Assembly: GCA_012295275.1 (NCBI GenBank)
Contig: CM022668.1
Coordinates: 3,534,001-3,598,000, forward strand
DNA from: Chrysomallon squamiferum
Lineage: Eukaryota; Animalia; Mollusca
Length of the DNA stretch: 64,000 bases
Reading direction: 5' to 3'
This document shows, piece by piece, positions 14,878 to 29,134 of this stretch (positions are counted from its first letter, which is position 1; each line of letters starts with the position of its first letter). The position numbers and the translations under genes are program-made. A model generated the notes under the pieces. The model made no database searches. It worked only from the letters and a program-made list of their open reading frames with translations, and had not been told where the DNA came from.

Positions 14878-16145
14878 ATTACTATTACTACTACGACTGC
14901 TGATAATGATATAACAACCACTACAATTTCTACTGATATTGCTACTGCTCATAGTGATAATATAACCACTACAACCACTACTATTACCAATCATATTGCT
15001 ATTGCTGATAGTGATACTACTACCACTACAACCACTACTATTACTACTGATATTGATACTGCTGATAGTGATACTACTACCGCTACAACCACTGCTATTA
15101 TTACTCATATTGCTACTGCTGATATTGATACTACTACCACTACAACCACTGCTATTAGTACTCATATTGCTACTGCTGATAGTGAAACTATTACCACTAC
15201 AACCACTGCTATTACTACTGATATTGCTACTGCTGATAGTGATACTACTACCGCTACAACCACTGCTATTACTACTGATATTGCTACTGCTGATAGTGAT
15301 ACTACTACCACTACAACCACTGCTATTACTACTCATATTGCTACTGCTGATAGTGATACTACTACCGCTACAACCACTGCTATTACTACTCATATTGCTA
15401 CTGCTGATAGTGATACTACTACCACTACAACCACTACTATTACTACTCATATTGCTACTGCTGATAGTGATGATATAACCACTACAGCCACTACTATTAC
15501 TACTCATATTGCTACTGCTGATAGTGATGATATAACCACTACAACCACTACTATTACTACTCATATTGCTACTGCTGATAGTGATACTACTACCACTACA
15601 ACCACTACTATTACTACTCATATTGCTACTGCTGATAGTGATGATATAACCACTACAACCACTACTATTACTACTCATATTGCTACTGCTGATAGTGATG
15701 ATATAACCACTACAACCACTACTATTACTACTCATATTGCTACTGCTAATAGTGATACTACTACAACTACAACCACTACTGATATTGCTGCTGCTGATAG
15801 TGATACTTCTACCACTACAACCACTACTATTACTACTCATATTGCTACTGCTAATAGTGATACTACTACAACTACAACCACTACTATTACTACTCATATT
15901 GCTACTGCTGATAGTGATAATACTAACCACTACAACCACTACTATTACTACTGATATTGCTAACGTTGTTAGTGATACTACTATTATTGCAACCAGTATT
16001 ATTACTGCTGATATTGCTACTGTTGTTAGTGATACTACTGATACTGTAACCAGTATTATTACTGCTGATATTGCTACTTCTATCACCACTACTGATAATG
16101 CTACTACTACTACAACTACTGTTATTATTATTCCTTCTAACACCA
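14878..16145. repeat. 57-bp-unit minisatellite derived from (ACT)n (ACTACCACTACAACCACTACTATTACTACTCATATTGCTACTGCTGATAGTGATACT)
   Basis: The unit is visible in the DNA and as a 19-aa period (SSSNMSSNSSGCSGSSITI) in the minus-strand ORF. Confidence 0.93.
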
Positions 16146-17284
16146 CTATTATATGTAAACACACACAGACTCACACACACATGTATATACATTGGAAACA
16201 ACAAGCAAGATATAGCTGGCAGTGTACTTTGTGTCACAGTGTGATAATAAATTAGATAAAAGTGATCCGTGACATAATGTCGTGTATTATCATATTTAGT
16301 TATCACACATGTGCAATAATTCATATATGTCTTTAGCAGGTGTCCATTAATGTCATGTGACTTAGAGTACAGTCACGAAATCTCGCTCAGGTTTAACATT
16401 GTCAGTGCCAAGAAAAACGTCACTTTGGGATTAACAAAGTTTGTGACATGTAAAATGTGACATCTTTAAATATCAATTAATCAATTAGTTTATGTTTCTG
16501 TCTTTTTTTTTACTTGGAAATGTGACAGGAATTTTATTTCCATGCTAAATGTTTATTAAATTTCATGAATAAAAGCTGAACTTGGTATAATTAATTGTCA
16601 AGATATGAAAAAAAAAGGGATGGGTTTGTTGAATACTCATATGAAATAATGTGAGGAATAATTAGAATTATGTACTTGAAATTTATGTTGCTATTATTAA
16701 TATTATTTTCTGAATTTATTATTTTCTCATAATGCATAAACCGACATAAAATAGGAAAATATGAGAAGAAAAAGTATTATGTTTTACGTTTATTTACTGC
16801 CTAAAACATACATGTTTAAGACTTTTTCTATCACGTCTGTGGATTTGATCCTTGTATCTGTAACTCGAAAGACAATAATATTAATCAGCGCAATGTTTTG
16901 GGAGTAGAAAAGAGTTTAAAAGTTTATGTTTGTTCTCTACAAACAGAGAAGAAAATGTCAGAGACTCACTCATAAACACTGACACACAAAGAGTTAATTT
17001 ACTGCTGGCATCACTTTGTACATCTTCTCCACTCACATTAATTTGTCTTTTGTCAAACAAGGGTGAAGGTCATCACCTCTGATCTCTGCCTGCTGGACAG
17101 GGATGCATAACAAAGCCCGGACAGTGACTGTGCTGACCAGTGTCCTGCTTCACCTTCAGCTGGCTACAAGCCGGGGGTGGAAGGGTGGGAGAGATCAGAT
17201 AAAATTAGCTTTTTTTAAATTCATGTTTTACCCCGACTGAAATATTTATTTTCTAGTTTTATTTTCTCATATTTTGACTGATCA

Positions 17285-17363
17285 GATATTGTTGTTATTG
17301 TTATTGTTGTTGTTGTTGTTGTTATTATTGTCTAATTGTTATGAATATAATTATTATTATTGA

Positions 17364-17422
<59 letters not shown>

Positions 17423-17436
17423 GTTATTAGTTATTA
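17285..17436. repeat. (GTT)n/(ATT)n microsatellite
   Basis: Directly visible. Confidence 0.9.
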
Positions 17437-17570
17437 AGCAGATATGAACAAGTGAGGAATACAGGTGAAGAAGTTCTAGATATGTAAAGAGATATGTGTA
17501 GAGTGTTTGGTTGAGATATTTAGATAAGTTAACTGTGGTTTTCTGCACCTCAGAGCAGGTTTACTGACAA

Positions 17571-17614
<44 letters not shown>

Positions 17615-19584
17615 TGTGTGTGTACAAAGTGCAGTGTTATCTAAGTAGATGTCAGACAGAAACTAAACAGAAAGTACTTTGTGACACTCAGAGTGCTGAC
17701 TGGCTGTTTCGCTGTTAGAAAACATGAAGTTTTGTATTCAGAGCAGACATTTTCAGTGAAATAGATTACCTCTTCTTCTTTTTACCTTCCCCCCAGGCTA
17801 TTTTCCAGCAAGGTGGGACCTTCCACAGGTGTGTCTTTCTCACAGGTAATCTCGTGAAGCAGTGAGAAATGAAAAGTAAAAATGGAGATAATACTTGGGC
17901 TCCCTTTTTTTACAGGTGAAAACTATTTTTACCTGAGTGTGCTCTTAATTTACCTGCAGTTTTTGTAATCAAACAGATTTGCATTCTCAAACTGGAAATT
18001 GTAGCATACAGTTGACACAAATATAGAGATAAAAGTGTTGAAATATAATTAAACTTTTTCTGAAATCTCTATTGCTGACAATAGTTTAAAATTTTTAAAT
18101 AAAATTTTGAATGATTAATGACTTTTGAAAGTGTGTTTGAAATGAACGCAGGAAAATGTTCTCAAATTTTAAATGATTTAACTTTTTCTTTTTTAATAAA
18201 CAGAGTAAGAAAAAACCTTTGTGTTTTACAGTTAGTCATTATCTAGAGAACACAGATAATTATTTTTATTTATTTATTTATATATTACTGAAAACTAATT
18301 CAGTGTCATAAAACGGAATTTTTGTGTTATTTAAACACACACTGCAGAGTGGTTATGTTATTTTATTAAAAGTTTATTTAAAAGATAAGAAATGGAAATT
18401 ATTAAAATTTTAATTTTACTTGGAAGTAAATGAAATTGTTTCATTAATAATATCCTTCATGATTTCTTTTTCTCTCGTTACTCTTTTTTCGTCTTCTATA
18501 TATATTTGTTAATTTCTTTCAGTATATGCTAACAATCCAATGCTTTTTCTTAATAAATGTTTGTTTATTAAATTGTGTTGTATTTTTTCACTAATGTACC
18601 TACAGGCAATGTTTGAAATAATTAGCTGAAAATATCTGTCAGTTTGTTAACTTCCAACATCCATGTCTCTTGTTTGTTTCAGATATCGGTGTGTATGTCT
18701 GTCTGTATTAAAGTATGTAATTATATATATATATATATATGTATGTATTGTTTTTATCAATCTAAGTACATATTTATGTATGTAAATGTCTATATGCATA
18801 TGTTTGTGTGTGGTGTATGTGTATCTGTGTGTACTTTCATGTGTGTGTGTGTATGTGTTTTACCATGAAGAAGATTATGTAAAATTTAAACTGAACAAAA
18901 AAAATACAATAAAGAGAACTAAAATTTTGTTGTTGTTGTCAATGCTACTATTACAAAATTATAAAAGGCTTTTAGACAAACAGTCGTTTGATCATTCGTC
19001 TTAATTTACATTTATGTTTTGTCAAGAGATCATTATAAAAAAAAATAATAATAATAAAAAAATATAATAAAAATATAATTAAATAAATAAATTGCCTCTA
19101 GTGTTATTACTCATTTTCACATAAATCATGATACCTGAGGCTTCATTTTTAAATATTATTTTATCGTACATTTTTTTTTTTGTATCAACAGGAAAATCAT
19201 AGGGTTTTGGGGATTCTAATTTTTTTTTTTTTTTTTTTAACTGGCTTTCTTTAAAAAAATTGGGTGAAACTTTTTTTCCTGTTATAGAATCACACAGTGA
19301 AAGGTGAATCTGTTCTGATAAAACATTTTAACTCAGTTATCAAGTTGTTCTCTTCTCTGTTTTCTTAATAGCTGTGTGAATTTCTGTGAAACTGTTAAGC
19401 TAGGTGTGGTTGCGTAGATGTCACATTAAATTGTCTGTGTCTGATGTCCTGACAATGATGACAATGTCACAAAGCTACATCACAAAAAAAACTAAATCAG
19501 GCTTCAGATGGCATTGACCTTATTTCCAAGGTCATTAAAACACATACAGATTATACAATACTATGTAATGTTAGTTTGTAAGTT

Positions 19585-19850
19585 GTGTGTATGTTCATGC
19601 AAATGTGTGTATGTTATATGTATGTGTGTGTGTATGTGTGTATATGTATGTGTGTGTATGTTATATGTATGTGCATGCAAATATGTTTGTGTGTTATATG
19701 TATGTGTGTGTGTGTATGTTATATGTATGTCAATGCAAATGTGTATGTGTGTGTGTGTATGTTATATGTATGTGTGTGTGTGTGTTTGAGCCTGTCTGTG
19801 ATCATGTGTGTGTATATGTATCTGTACGTGTGTGTATGTATGTGTATGAT
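19585..19850. repeat. Degenerate TG/TATG low-complexity repeat
   Basis: Directly visible. Confidence 0.85.
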
Positions 19851-20159
19851 GAGAAGAACTTGTGTTCAGTGATTGAAATATTTGCACACAAAACAAAAAT
19901 CCATTAATAATTAAATAGATGTTTGTTATAATTATCAGGTTTGACAAGCTGTATAAAGTGTTTCCTGTTTGTATTGGTATGTGCAAACTTGTCACTGCAT
20001 CTCTCTGTCAAATCTGACATAAAGTAAAATTCGGTCATTTCCAAAATTGTTTAGGAGTGTAATTTTAAAGAAATTCATTGTTTTTCCTTTCTTAAATTAA
20101 TGCATACATGTAATTTGTTTTTACCATTTACATATACAAATTACATAGTTATACATACA

Positions 20160-20193
<34 letters not shown>

Positions 20194-20200
20194 CATACAT

Positions 20201-20231
<31 letters not shown>

Positions 20232-20826
20232 AAAACACACAACTGCTTAAATACCTATAATACCTAAAAACATAAGCGGACATTCTATATATATATATAC
20301 AACTTATCTTAGATATCGGTAAAACGTGAAATCACACCAAAACATTTGCCCTATTTTTACAAAAGACTGTATGAAATATTTATTTCAAACAACAAACAAC
20401 TGTCAAGTTAGAAAAACAACAACACAAATTCATGTCTCCCCTTCCCGGCTTTCACCATTATGCGACGGAAAAAAATGTCAAGTCATTCTTTTTTTGTAAA
20501 ATACAACACACATAATAATCACTTTTCACGTCAGTTCTTACTGCTCACAAAGGGGCAGATAGTCCCGTGCACGCCTCAGTAATTTTTCTGTAATCCCATC
20601 TATAAGATGTTACGCCTCAGTGATCACGACGGGCAATAAATCACAGGTTTGCACCAGCTAATGATTTTTTAAAAATATAAAAGTTTTGACACAGTTTGTA
20701 AAATGTGCTCTTTTCAATAGCAAAATTAAGTGACAATGTATTTATTTATTTATTTCTGAACTCTTAAAAGAGAGGGATCAGCTTAAATATGATACATTTT
20801 TTTTTTATAATTTATCATGTTTTTAT

Positions 20827-21298
<472 letters not shown>

Positions 21299-21879
21299 GA
21301 TAATATACATAAATATATGACAACGCACAATTAATAACCGCAAACAACACAAAAGGAAAATGTATTTTCAGGTAACCTATCATCATAAGTTTTCACCTGA
21401 CTGAGTGACTTTGTTGGTGTCAAGTCATTTGAACTAGTTACCCACATGTCACATTTCTAACAAGGATAAGATCTTCTCAGTTTTGTGTCAAAATGGTAAA
21501 ATACAAAAGAAATGTAAATATAAAACCAAAGTTTCCTGGAGTGGATGTGTTCTGTTTGCCAAGGCCAGAATCATCTTGATTTTTTTAAACCAAGAGCTGA
21601 AAAACAGGATATAAATTTAAAAACAGATTGAAATAAAACATTTTTAAGTCCTTGGTGTTACAGTTTGAAAAACAATACAAAAATAAAATGAAGGAATAAA
21701 GTTAAAAAAAACCCCAAACAACCCAAACATATTGGTACAAAAATACATACATACATACATACATACATAAATACATGCATACATTCATATATACATTCAT
21801 AGATACATACATACATACATACATACATTCACAGATATATACACAGTTGTCTTGGTTGTCGTCTTCCTTCGGAATGCGG

Positions 21880-24812
21880 GTGAATGGGTTAGCAATGTAA
21901 CATTTGATTTAAACTTTGATAACCAAAACCGGGCAAGTCAGACCCTAACCTTACTGATTAAACATTGTATGTACCGCTCCTAAAGTTAATCAACCCCATA
22001 AATCGCCAATGCTTTAAAATCCCCCACATTTAGACCTCTAAAACTTTTATATATATCGACACATGGTGTCTGATAAAACACAGTGCCTGAAATTCTTATA
22101 AAAACCTTGATTTTTGTCTCATCAAATCTATCACGGATCAACGTAGATGTGCATAGTCAAGTCCAAGTGGAATGCTATCCAGGCGCCAAGATTAATCACT
22201 TCAGGACAATGGTCACTAAACATAAAAGCAATTTCCAACCAGATAAGCGCTATCGGGAAAAAATTCTCCAAAACTAAAATATATTTTGCAGAAATAAACT
22301 TCTTGGATAAACTTTCGGCTAAAATCATGTCTCAAAAAAATGAATTTGGCTGCCAAAACTTTGAGGGATATAAACCTATTACCAGCAATCCCAAACAACG
22401 AGATTGAAGTGATTCAGGACCTAATCCATTAGACCGAATGAACGGCCAACAGAAAACATCTAAACTGGCTAAATAACTTAAATTTAAACAGAATTCAGGT
22501 AAAGGTAACAACCACCATAATATAGGGTTAGGTACAAACATCGTAAATCTAACAGGAAACGACAACTTTCTAACATCCTGCGAAAAGTCACTATTGAACC
22601 GAGTCCTTCACTTTGTTCCCACCCCTCAACCCGAAACTGGTTTAGAAGGACATCTCGATGACGGAGTAATGGACTGAGCTATTTTTTAAAACAAGATGAA
22701 ATTAGCCGGTTATTTTAAAAACTCAAGTGGAGAAAAATTACCATTCACAGGAAATTTCGGTTGGACACCTGATAATTCAAAAATTGATCCCGAGATAATT
22801 AAAACTTACAGAAAAGTATTTGAGAATGTTGTAAAATTGACGGCTTATTCAAATAAACAAAATCTCTCGGTTATGGAATGACATGCTCTCAACAATCTAC
22901 GCAAAAATCGCAAAATAATCAAATCGGCAGACAAAGGATCAGCAACTGTTATCTTGTCAAGGGAAAATTACACCCACGAAGCCCATAGACAACTAAATAT
23001 TATTAAAAATTTGACGAAGCCATTTGGCCAACCAATAAAAATAAATTCAAGAGAATTGTTGTTCGTCTACAGGAAAAGGGTCATATAAACAAAAAGCAGA
23101 TGAACTATTCGCATCACGATTTGATTCTCAGACTAGAACATTTATTTTCTCCCAAAAATACACAAACCAGGGAAACATGGGCAGATATCAACACACCACC
23201 AGGTGACCAATCATCTCTGAGTGTGGATCAGAATATTGTAACTTTTCCGAATACGTTGACTTTTATTTAAAACAAACTGTAAATAGACACGCTAGTTTTG
23301 TTAAAAATACAGATGATCTTTTATCTAAAATATCTAAAAGAAAAATACCACCAAACTGCTTTTTTGGTCACCCTGGATGCTGATTTCATATACACTACAT
23401 AAACATCGATGCGGGCAAAGAATTGGTCGAGAGAGCGTTCGACAAATATCCAGATACAGAAAGTCCAACAGAAAGTATTATGGAATTACCTGAATTAAGC
23501 TAAAAGGTAAAGACTTTGAATATAACTGGAAATGTATCAGCAGGTTTGTGGTGCGCCATGGCAAGAGTTTCAGCCCAAATTTTGCCTGCACTTATATCGC
23601 AGAATGGGAAGAAGCGGCACTAAACACAGCAACCAAGAAACCATTTTTATATCAGATATATAGATGACATTCTTATTATTTGGCAACATTCTAAAGTCGA
23701 ATTTTGGAAAAATTTTGAATTATTAAATCAACAAAATGATAATATAAAACTTAAAACAGTATCAGATCAAACGGTAGATTTGTAGCAATTTACAAAGGTA
23801 TACAATTTGAAAAATCCAGTTATTTAGATTATTTTTTAAACCCACCAACTGGGGCCTTACAAATCATTTCATCCCATCATACAGTTAAAGGTATCATTAA
23901 ATCTCATTAGATTCCAGAAAGTCGAGTAACAAAGAAAATTTTAATGACGCCTGTTCAGTCCTATTTTGCGCTCTGATATCGAGAGGTTATTCAAAACGAA
24001 TTCTAAATAAAATTAAATCTGAAACCGACTGAAAATTGGAAAAACCCTTCGATCCAACAGACACATTCAAATATTTAAAATTCAACAAAATATTCCACCC
24101 ACTTGGGTACCGGATCTACAGCGATCTGCAAAAATACCAGATGCAGGTTTCACAACTAAATGAAACCTCAGTTTTCGTTGAGTAGCGAACAAACAAAAAG
24201 TGAATATCAAATCCGAACCAACCTAGACTGCGATTCCAAAAACTTTGTGTATTTGATAACATGCAACTTGTCTAAAAAACAGTATGTCGGCCAAACACAA
24301 AATATATTACGAATTGGAGCTGTTTGTCACAAATACGATATTAGGCATGAAGATGACATTTCTGTCGCTAAACATTTTGATTTATATTTAACATTTAGAA
24401 ATAATCCCAAAAGAGCAAACACCCTTTCTCGGTTCCAAAACTGAAACTGACTCGAACGAGCAGCGTTTTGGATTCGCATATTACAAACACAAAAACCATT
24501 TGGAATAAATGTTGATTCGGGCAAATGTAAAGAGAGATAAAATAATTTCCCCAATAATTTACACTCGCTGCAACACTGACATTGGTACAATTATGAAGGA
24601 ACAATATTTTAACTTACAGATGAAAAAACCAATAACAGCGCCTCCCGCCATAGCTTACAGGAAAAATGCAAGTCTAAAAGACGTTTTAGTCTACCCGATT
24701 TTCTGAATTATATGCCTGAATAAAGTTATGTTTCCAAAGGATTTACGAATTAACGCAGAAAAAGGGACGGAAATGTTTTAAAATGTTTTCAAAGGATACC
24801 GAATTTTTTGGA
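21880..24812 (+). mobile_element. Decayed Penelope-like retroelement (probably Neptune-type): SGNH-like region, reverse transcriptase and GIY-YIG endonuclease
   Basis: RT-side motifs across broken frames: NIVNLTG..LT..EKSLLNRVLHFVPTP (~22535-22625), KSADKGSATVIL (22921), LPKIHKP, PIISECGS, LVTLD, FSPNFACTYIAEWEE, YIDDILIIW (23657), GIIKS, RGYSKR. EN-side motifs: CKNTRC linker, VYLITCNLSKKQYVGQT (GIY-YIG, ~24247-24297), ERAAFWIRILQTQKPFGIN. Many stops and frameshifts. Boundaries are approximate; the element lies between a (TACA)n tract and an (ATT)n tract. Confidence 0.92.
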
Positions 24813-25076
24813 ATTATTATTATTATTATTATTCTGTAATGTTACATTTGTTTTATTTTAGTTTATCTTATTTTATTTTTATTTTTTGAATGCTGTTGTA
24901 TACAGTTTAAAATGTTTTATGTATGTAAATAACTGTTTTTGAAATAATAAATATATAGACAAAGGACCAAAACATAGTGTAACACATTACAATGGTCAGT
25001 CCCTAGAGATAAAATTAGAAAATAATTATTTTTTGATAATAAAAGGATTCATGTGCCAGTTGTGTTTTTTATTCTT

Positions 25077-25077
<1 letters not shown>

Positions 25078-25135
<58 letters not shown>
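25078..25135. repeat. (CA)n microsatellite
   Basis: Directly visible. Confidence 0.95.
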
Positions 25136-25136
<1 letters not shown>

Positions 25137-25929
25137 TATCTTGGTGCCATACGTTCGACTCTTAACACTGTAATCGTTATATCCTTAACTTTTGTCTTTC
25201 AGTATAACATAATAACAGTAGATGTTTAACTTTTATCTTTCACTGTAACACTAACTGTATGTACTTTTGTCAATCAGTATATGTCTAATGTCTACATAAT
25301 TTTATGCTTAACTTTCATCTTTTTATATACAATTACAATGAAACTAATTCAAATAAATATTGATTAAACACACAAGTTACGACATTCTAACAAAAATTAT
25401 CTTTTTCTTGTCTGATTTACACAAATCCATTTCACGTCAGTGTTTAATGGGGAAAAAAGAGAGAAAAAAAAAGACTTGTGAAACTGAGTAAGATTCTCTA
25501 AGTAAAGATATTTTACAGACAACAAAAGAGTTTTATATTTCTGGGGCAAATACAAAACACCGGAGACTGCCGTAATAGAGAAACAGTTTGTTATCAGGAT
25601 TATTCACGTCTCACCTGCAAATACCAGCCATATATGTCAGGTGGAATCTTTATCAAACAGTTGTTATTGTAGTAACCAATAGCTAGTTAGTGATAACTAG
25701 TAAACAATGGGTCCACCTAGTCACATGTCACAATACTTGTCACCCGACTCGTGTCACATCGCAGTGCTTAATCCGAGCTGCTGTATCAACCAGCAGTGCT
25801 GAACAAAACAGCAGTGTCTGGCTTTCAGCGGACAGGACATGCCTCACATTACTTCAGTGATTAAGTTTAAATAGCTGCGTAAATGTGGCTGAAAGAAGTA
25901 ATAGGAAGAGGAGGGTGCGGTGGTTTTTA

Positions 25930-27898
25930 CTGATATACTGATACACACACACTGTGTTACACAGATATACTGATACACACATTGTTACACAGATATACTG
26001 ATTCACAAATGTGTTACACAGATATACTGATTCACGCACTGTGTTACACAGATATACTGATACACACACTGTGTTACACAGATATACTGATTCACAAATG
26101 TGTTACACAGATATACTGATTCACGCACTGTGTTACACAGATATACTGATTCACAAATGTGTTACACAGATATACTGATTCACGCACTGTGTTACACAGA
26201 TATACTGATACACACACTGTTACACAGATATACTGATTCACAAATGTGTTACACAGATATACTGATTCACACACTGTGTTACACAGATATACTGATTCAC
26301 AAATGTGTTACACAGATATACTGATTCACGCACTGTGTTACACAGATATACTGATACACACACTTACACAGATATACTGATACACACACTGTGTTACACA
26401 GATATACTGATACACACAGTGATACACAGATATACTGATTCACACACTGTGTTACACAGATATACTGATTCACACACTGTGTTACACAGATATACTGATT
26501 CACACACTGTGTTACACAGATATACTGATTCACACACTGTGTTACGCAGATATACTTATACAAACACACTGTGTTACACAGATATACTGATACACACACA
26601 CTGGTTTACACAGATATACTGATACACACACTGTGTTACACAGATATACTGATACACACACACTGTTACACAGATATACTGATATACACACTGTGTTACA
26701 CAGATATACTGATACACACACTGTGTTACACAGATATACTGATACATACACTGTGTACCAGAGATATACTGATACACACACTGTGTTACACAGATACACA
26801 CACTGATACACACACTGGTTTACACACAGATATACTGATACACACACTGTGTTACACAGATATACTGATACACACACTGTGTTACACAGATATACTGATA
26901 CACACACTGTGTTACACAGATATACTGATACACACACTGTGTACCACAGATATACTGATACACACACTGTGTTACACAGATACACACACTGATACACACA
27001 CACTGGTTTACACAGATATACTGATAAACACACTGTGTTACACAGATATACTGATACACACACACTGTTACACATATATATTGATACACACACTGTGTTA
27101 CACAGATATACTGATACACACACACTGTTACACAGATATACTGATACACACACACTGTTACACAGATATACTGATACACACACTGTGTTATACAGATATA
27201 CTGATACACACACTTTGTTACACAGATATACTGAAACACACACTGTTACACAGATATACTGATATACACACACTGTTACACAGATATACTGATACACACA
27301 CTGTTACACAGATATATTGATACACATACACTGTGTTACACAGATATACTGATATACACACACTGTGTTACACAGATATACTGATACACACACTGTGTTA
27401 CACAGATATACTGATACACACACTGTTACACAGATATACTGATACACACACTGTGTACCACAGATATACTGATACACACACTGTGTTACACAGATACACA
27501 CACTGTGTACCACAGATATACTGATACACATACACTGTGTTACACAGATATACTGATACACATACACTGTGTTACACAGATATACTGATACACATACACT
27601 GTGTTACACAGATATACTAATACACACACACTGTGTTACACAGATATACTGATACACACACTGTTACACAGATACACACACTGGTATACACCCTGTGTTA
27701 CACATATATACTGATACAGACACTGTTACACAGATATACTGATACACACACTGTGTTACACAGATATACTGATACAGACTCACTGTGTTACACATATATA
27801 CTGATACACACACTGTGTTACACAGATATACTGATACATACACTCTGTTACACAGATATACTGATATATACACACTGTTACACAGATATACTGATATA
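25930..27898. repeat. ~2-kb minisatellite, 28-32-bp unit (consensus CTGATACACACACTGTGTTACACAGATATA)
   Basis: Directly visible tandem array. Each unit contains the palindrome CTGTGT-T-ACACAG. Confidence 0.97.
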
Positions 27899-29134
27899 GT
27901 CACGTAAAAAATAGCCATATAAATCATCAACCGTGCCTCTGTCCACGCATCCAGCAAACCAGAAAATTATCAATCATTCATCCACTGGATTACTGATCCA
28001 TGTATCATTGTATCCAACAAATCAGTCAATCTTTCTATTATTTCAAAGATCGAATCATCCACTGGATATATCTAATGAAAACATTGTCTTACCTCCATTT
28101 CTCCCTCACAAACACACACAGACAGAATTACTTACAAGTAAAATGAAGCTTTCTATATTTGACACATCTCATTTAGAATTGAGGAGAGGATCAAGAAGCT
28201 AGTAAAAGGAACAGCTGGGTTTGCTGACACGTGTATGTACATTTTTGAGTATTGAAGTGCATGTTCCATTTAAGATACAAAACAAATAATTCTGTAATGT
28301 ATACAGTTAAAATATAAATATACATTATGGAAAATGTAAAATATATACTACATTCCAAAAACCGTAAGAATATGGAATCCCAAACATAATATAGAAAAAT
28401 TAAATTATTGTTTAGTGAGAAATTTTGCAACATGACTCTCAAACTATTATGGAAATAATAATAATGATGATGATGAAACTTTCAGAAATAATTACCAAAT
28501 AAATATAAAACAACTGTCATAGATGTCACTAACACTATTCAATTTTTGTTTGTTTGTTATGTGTTAGTTCCAGTGAAAGCAAACCCATTTTTGGAACTCC
28601 TGGTTACAGTGCAACTCTATCTGGACAATACTGTTGAGAATGTTTCTCTAATGGTGTGATTTTATGATATCTTGCTGTGTTATTATCGCAATCTCTGCTC
28701 CCTAACATCAATCACAATTATTGTGATATTCTCGTGATTACTTTCTGAGCTGGTTTCATTAATTCGGATGGTAACAGCAGTGTATGAGTTTTCACACCAT
28801 GCTCTTTCCTGTAGTTGGTGTTGGTTGTTTGGAATATATCATCCTTCAACACACTAATGGCAGACATTTTAATTTAAAGAGTCGAAAAAAAAGAGAAATT
28901 AATCAGAAGTGACAAACAAAATAATTGTCATTATTTTATTGTCAGTAACAGCAGTTAATGTCAACTGTTTGCTTAACTTGTTTTGTTTCATGAAACGTTA
29001 CTTTGTTTCAGATTTATATACGGCAATGTATTTTTTTATACGTTTTTCTTCACAATCATAGTTTATTATCATCCTGTTTATGAAGAGTTGTAATAATATT
29101 TATACTTTTATTATTACTACAACCAGTAATTCAC

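Noticed and set aside
14866-16164. 432-aa Ser-rich minus-strand ORF, plus poly-Leu and poly-Val ORFs at 15.0-16.3 kb and 39.2-40.2 kb
   Set aside because: These are reading-frame by-products of (ACT)n-derived minisatellites.
21940-22535. Telomere-like CCCTAACC / AGGGTTAGG words in the Penelope 5' region
   Set aside because: Single short occurrences, too few to claim telomeric association.
25930-27898. CRISPR-like array (30-bp palindromic repeats)
   Set aside because: Units are head-to-tail with no unique spacers, there are no cas genes, and the context is eukaryotic.
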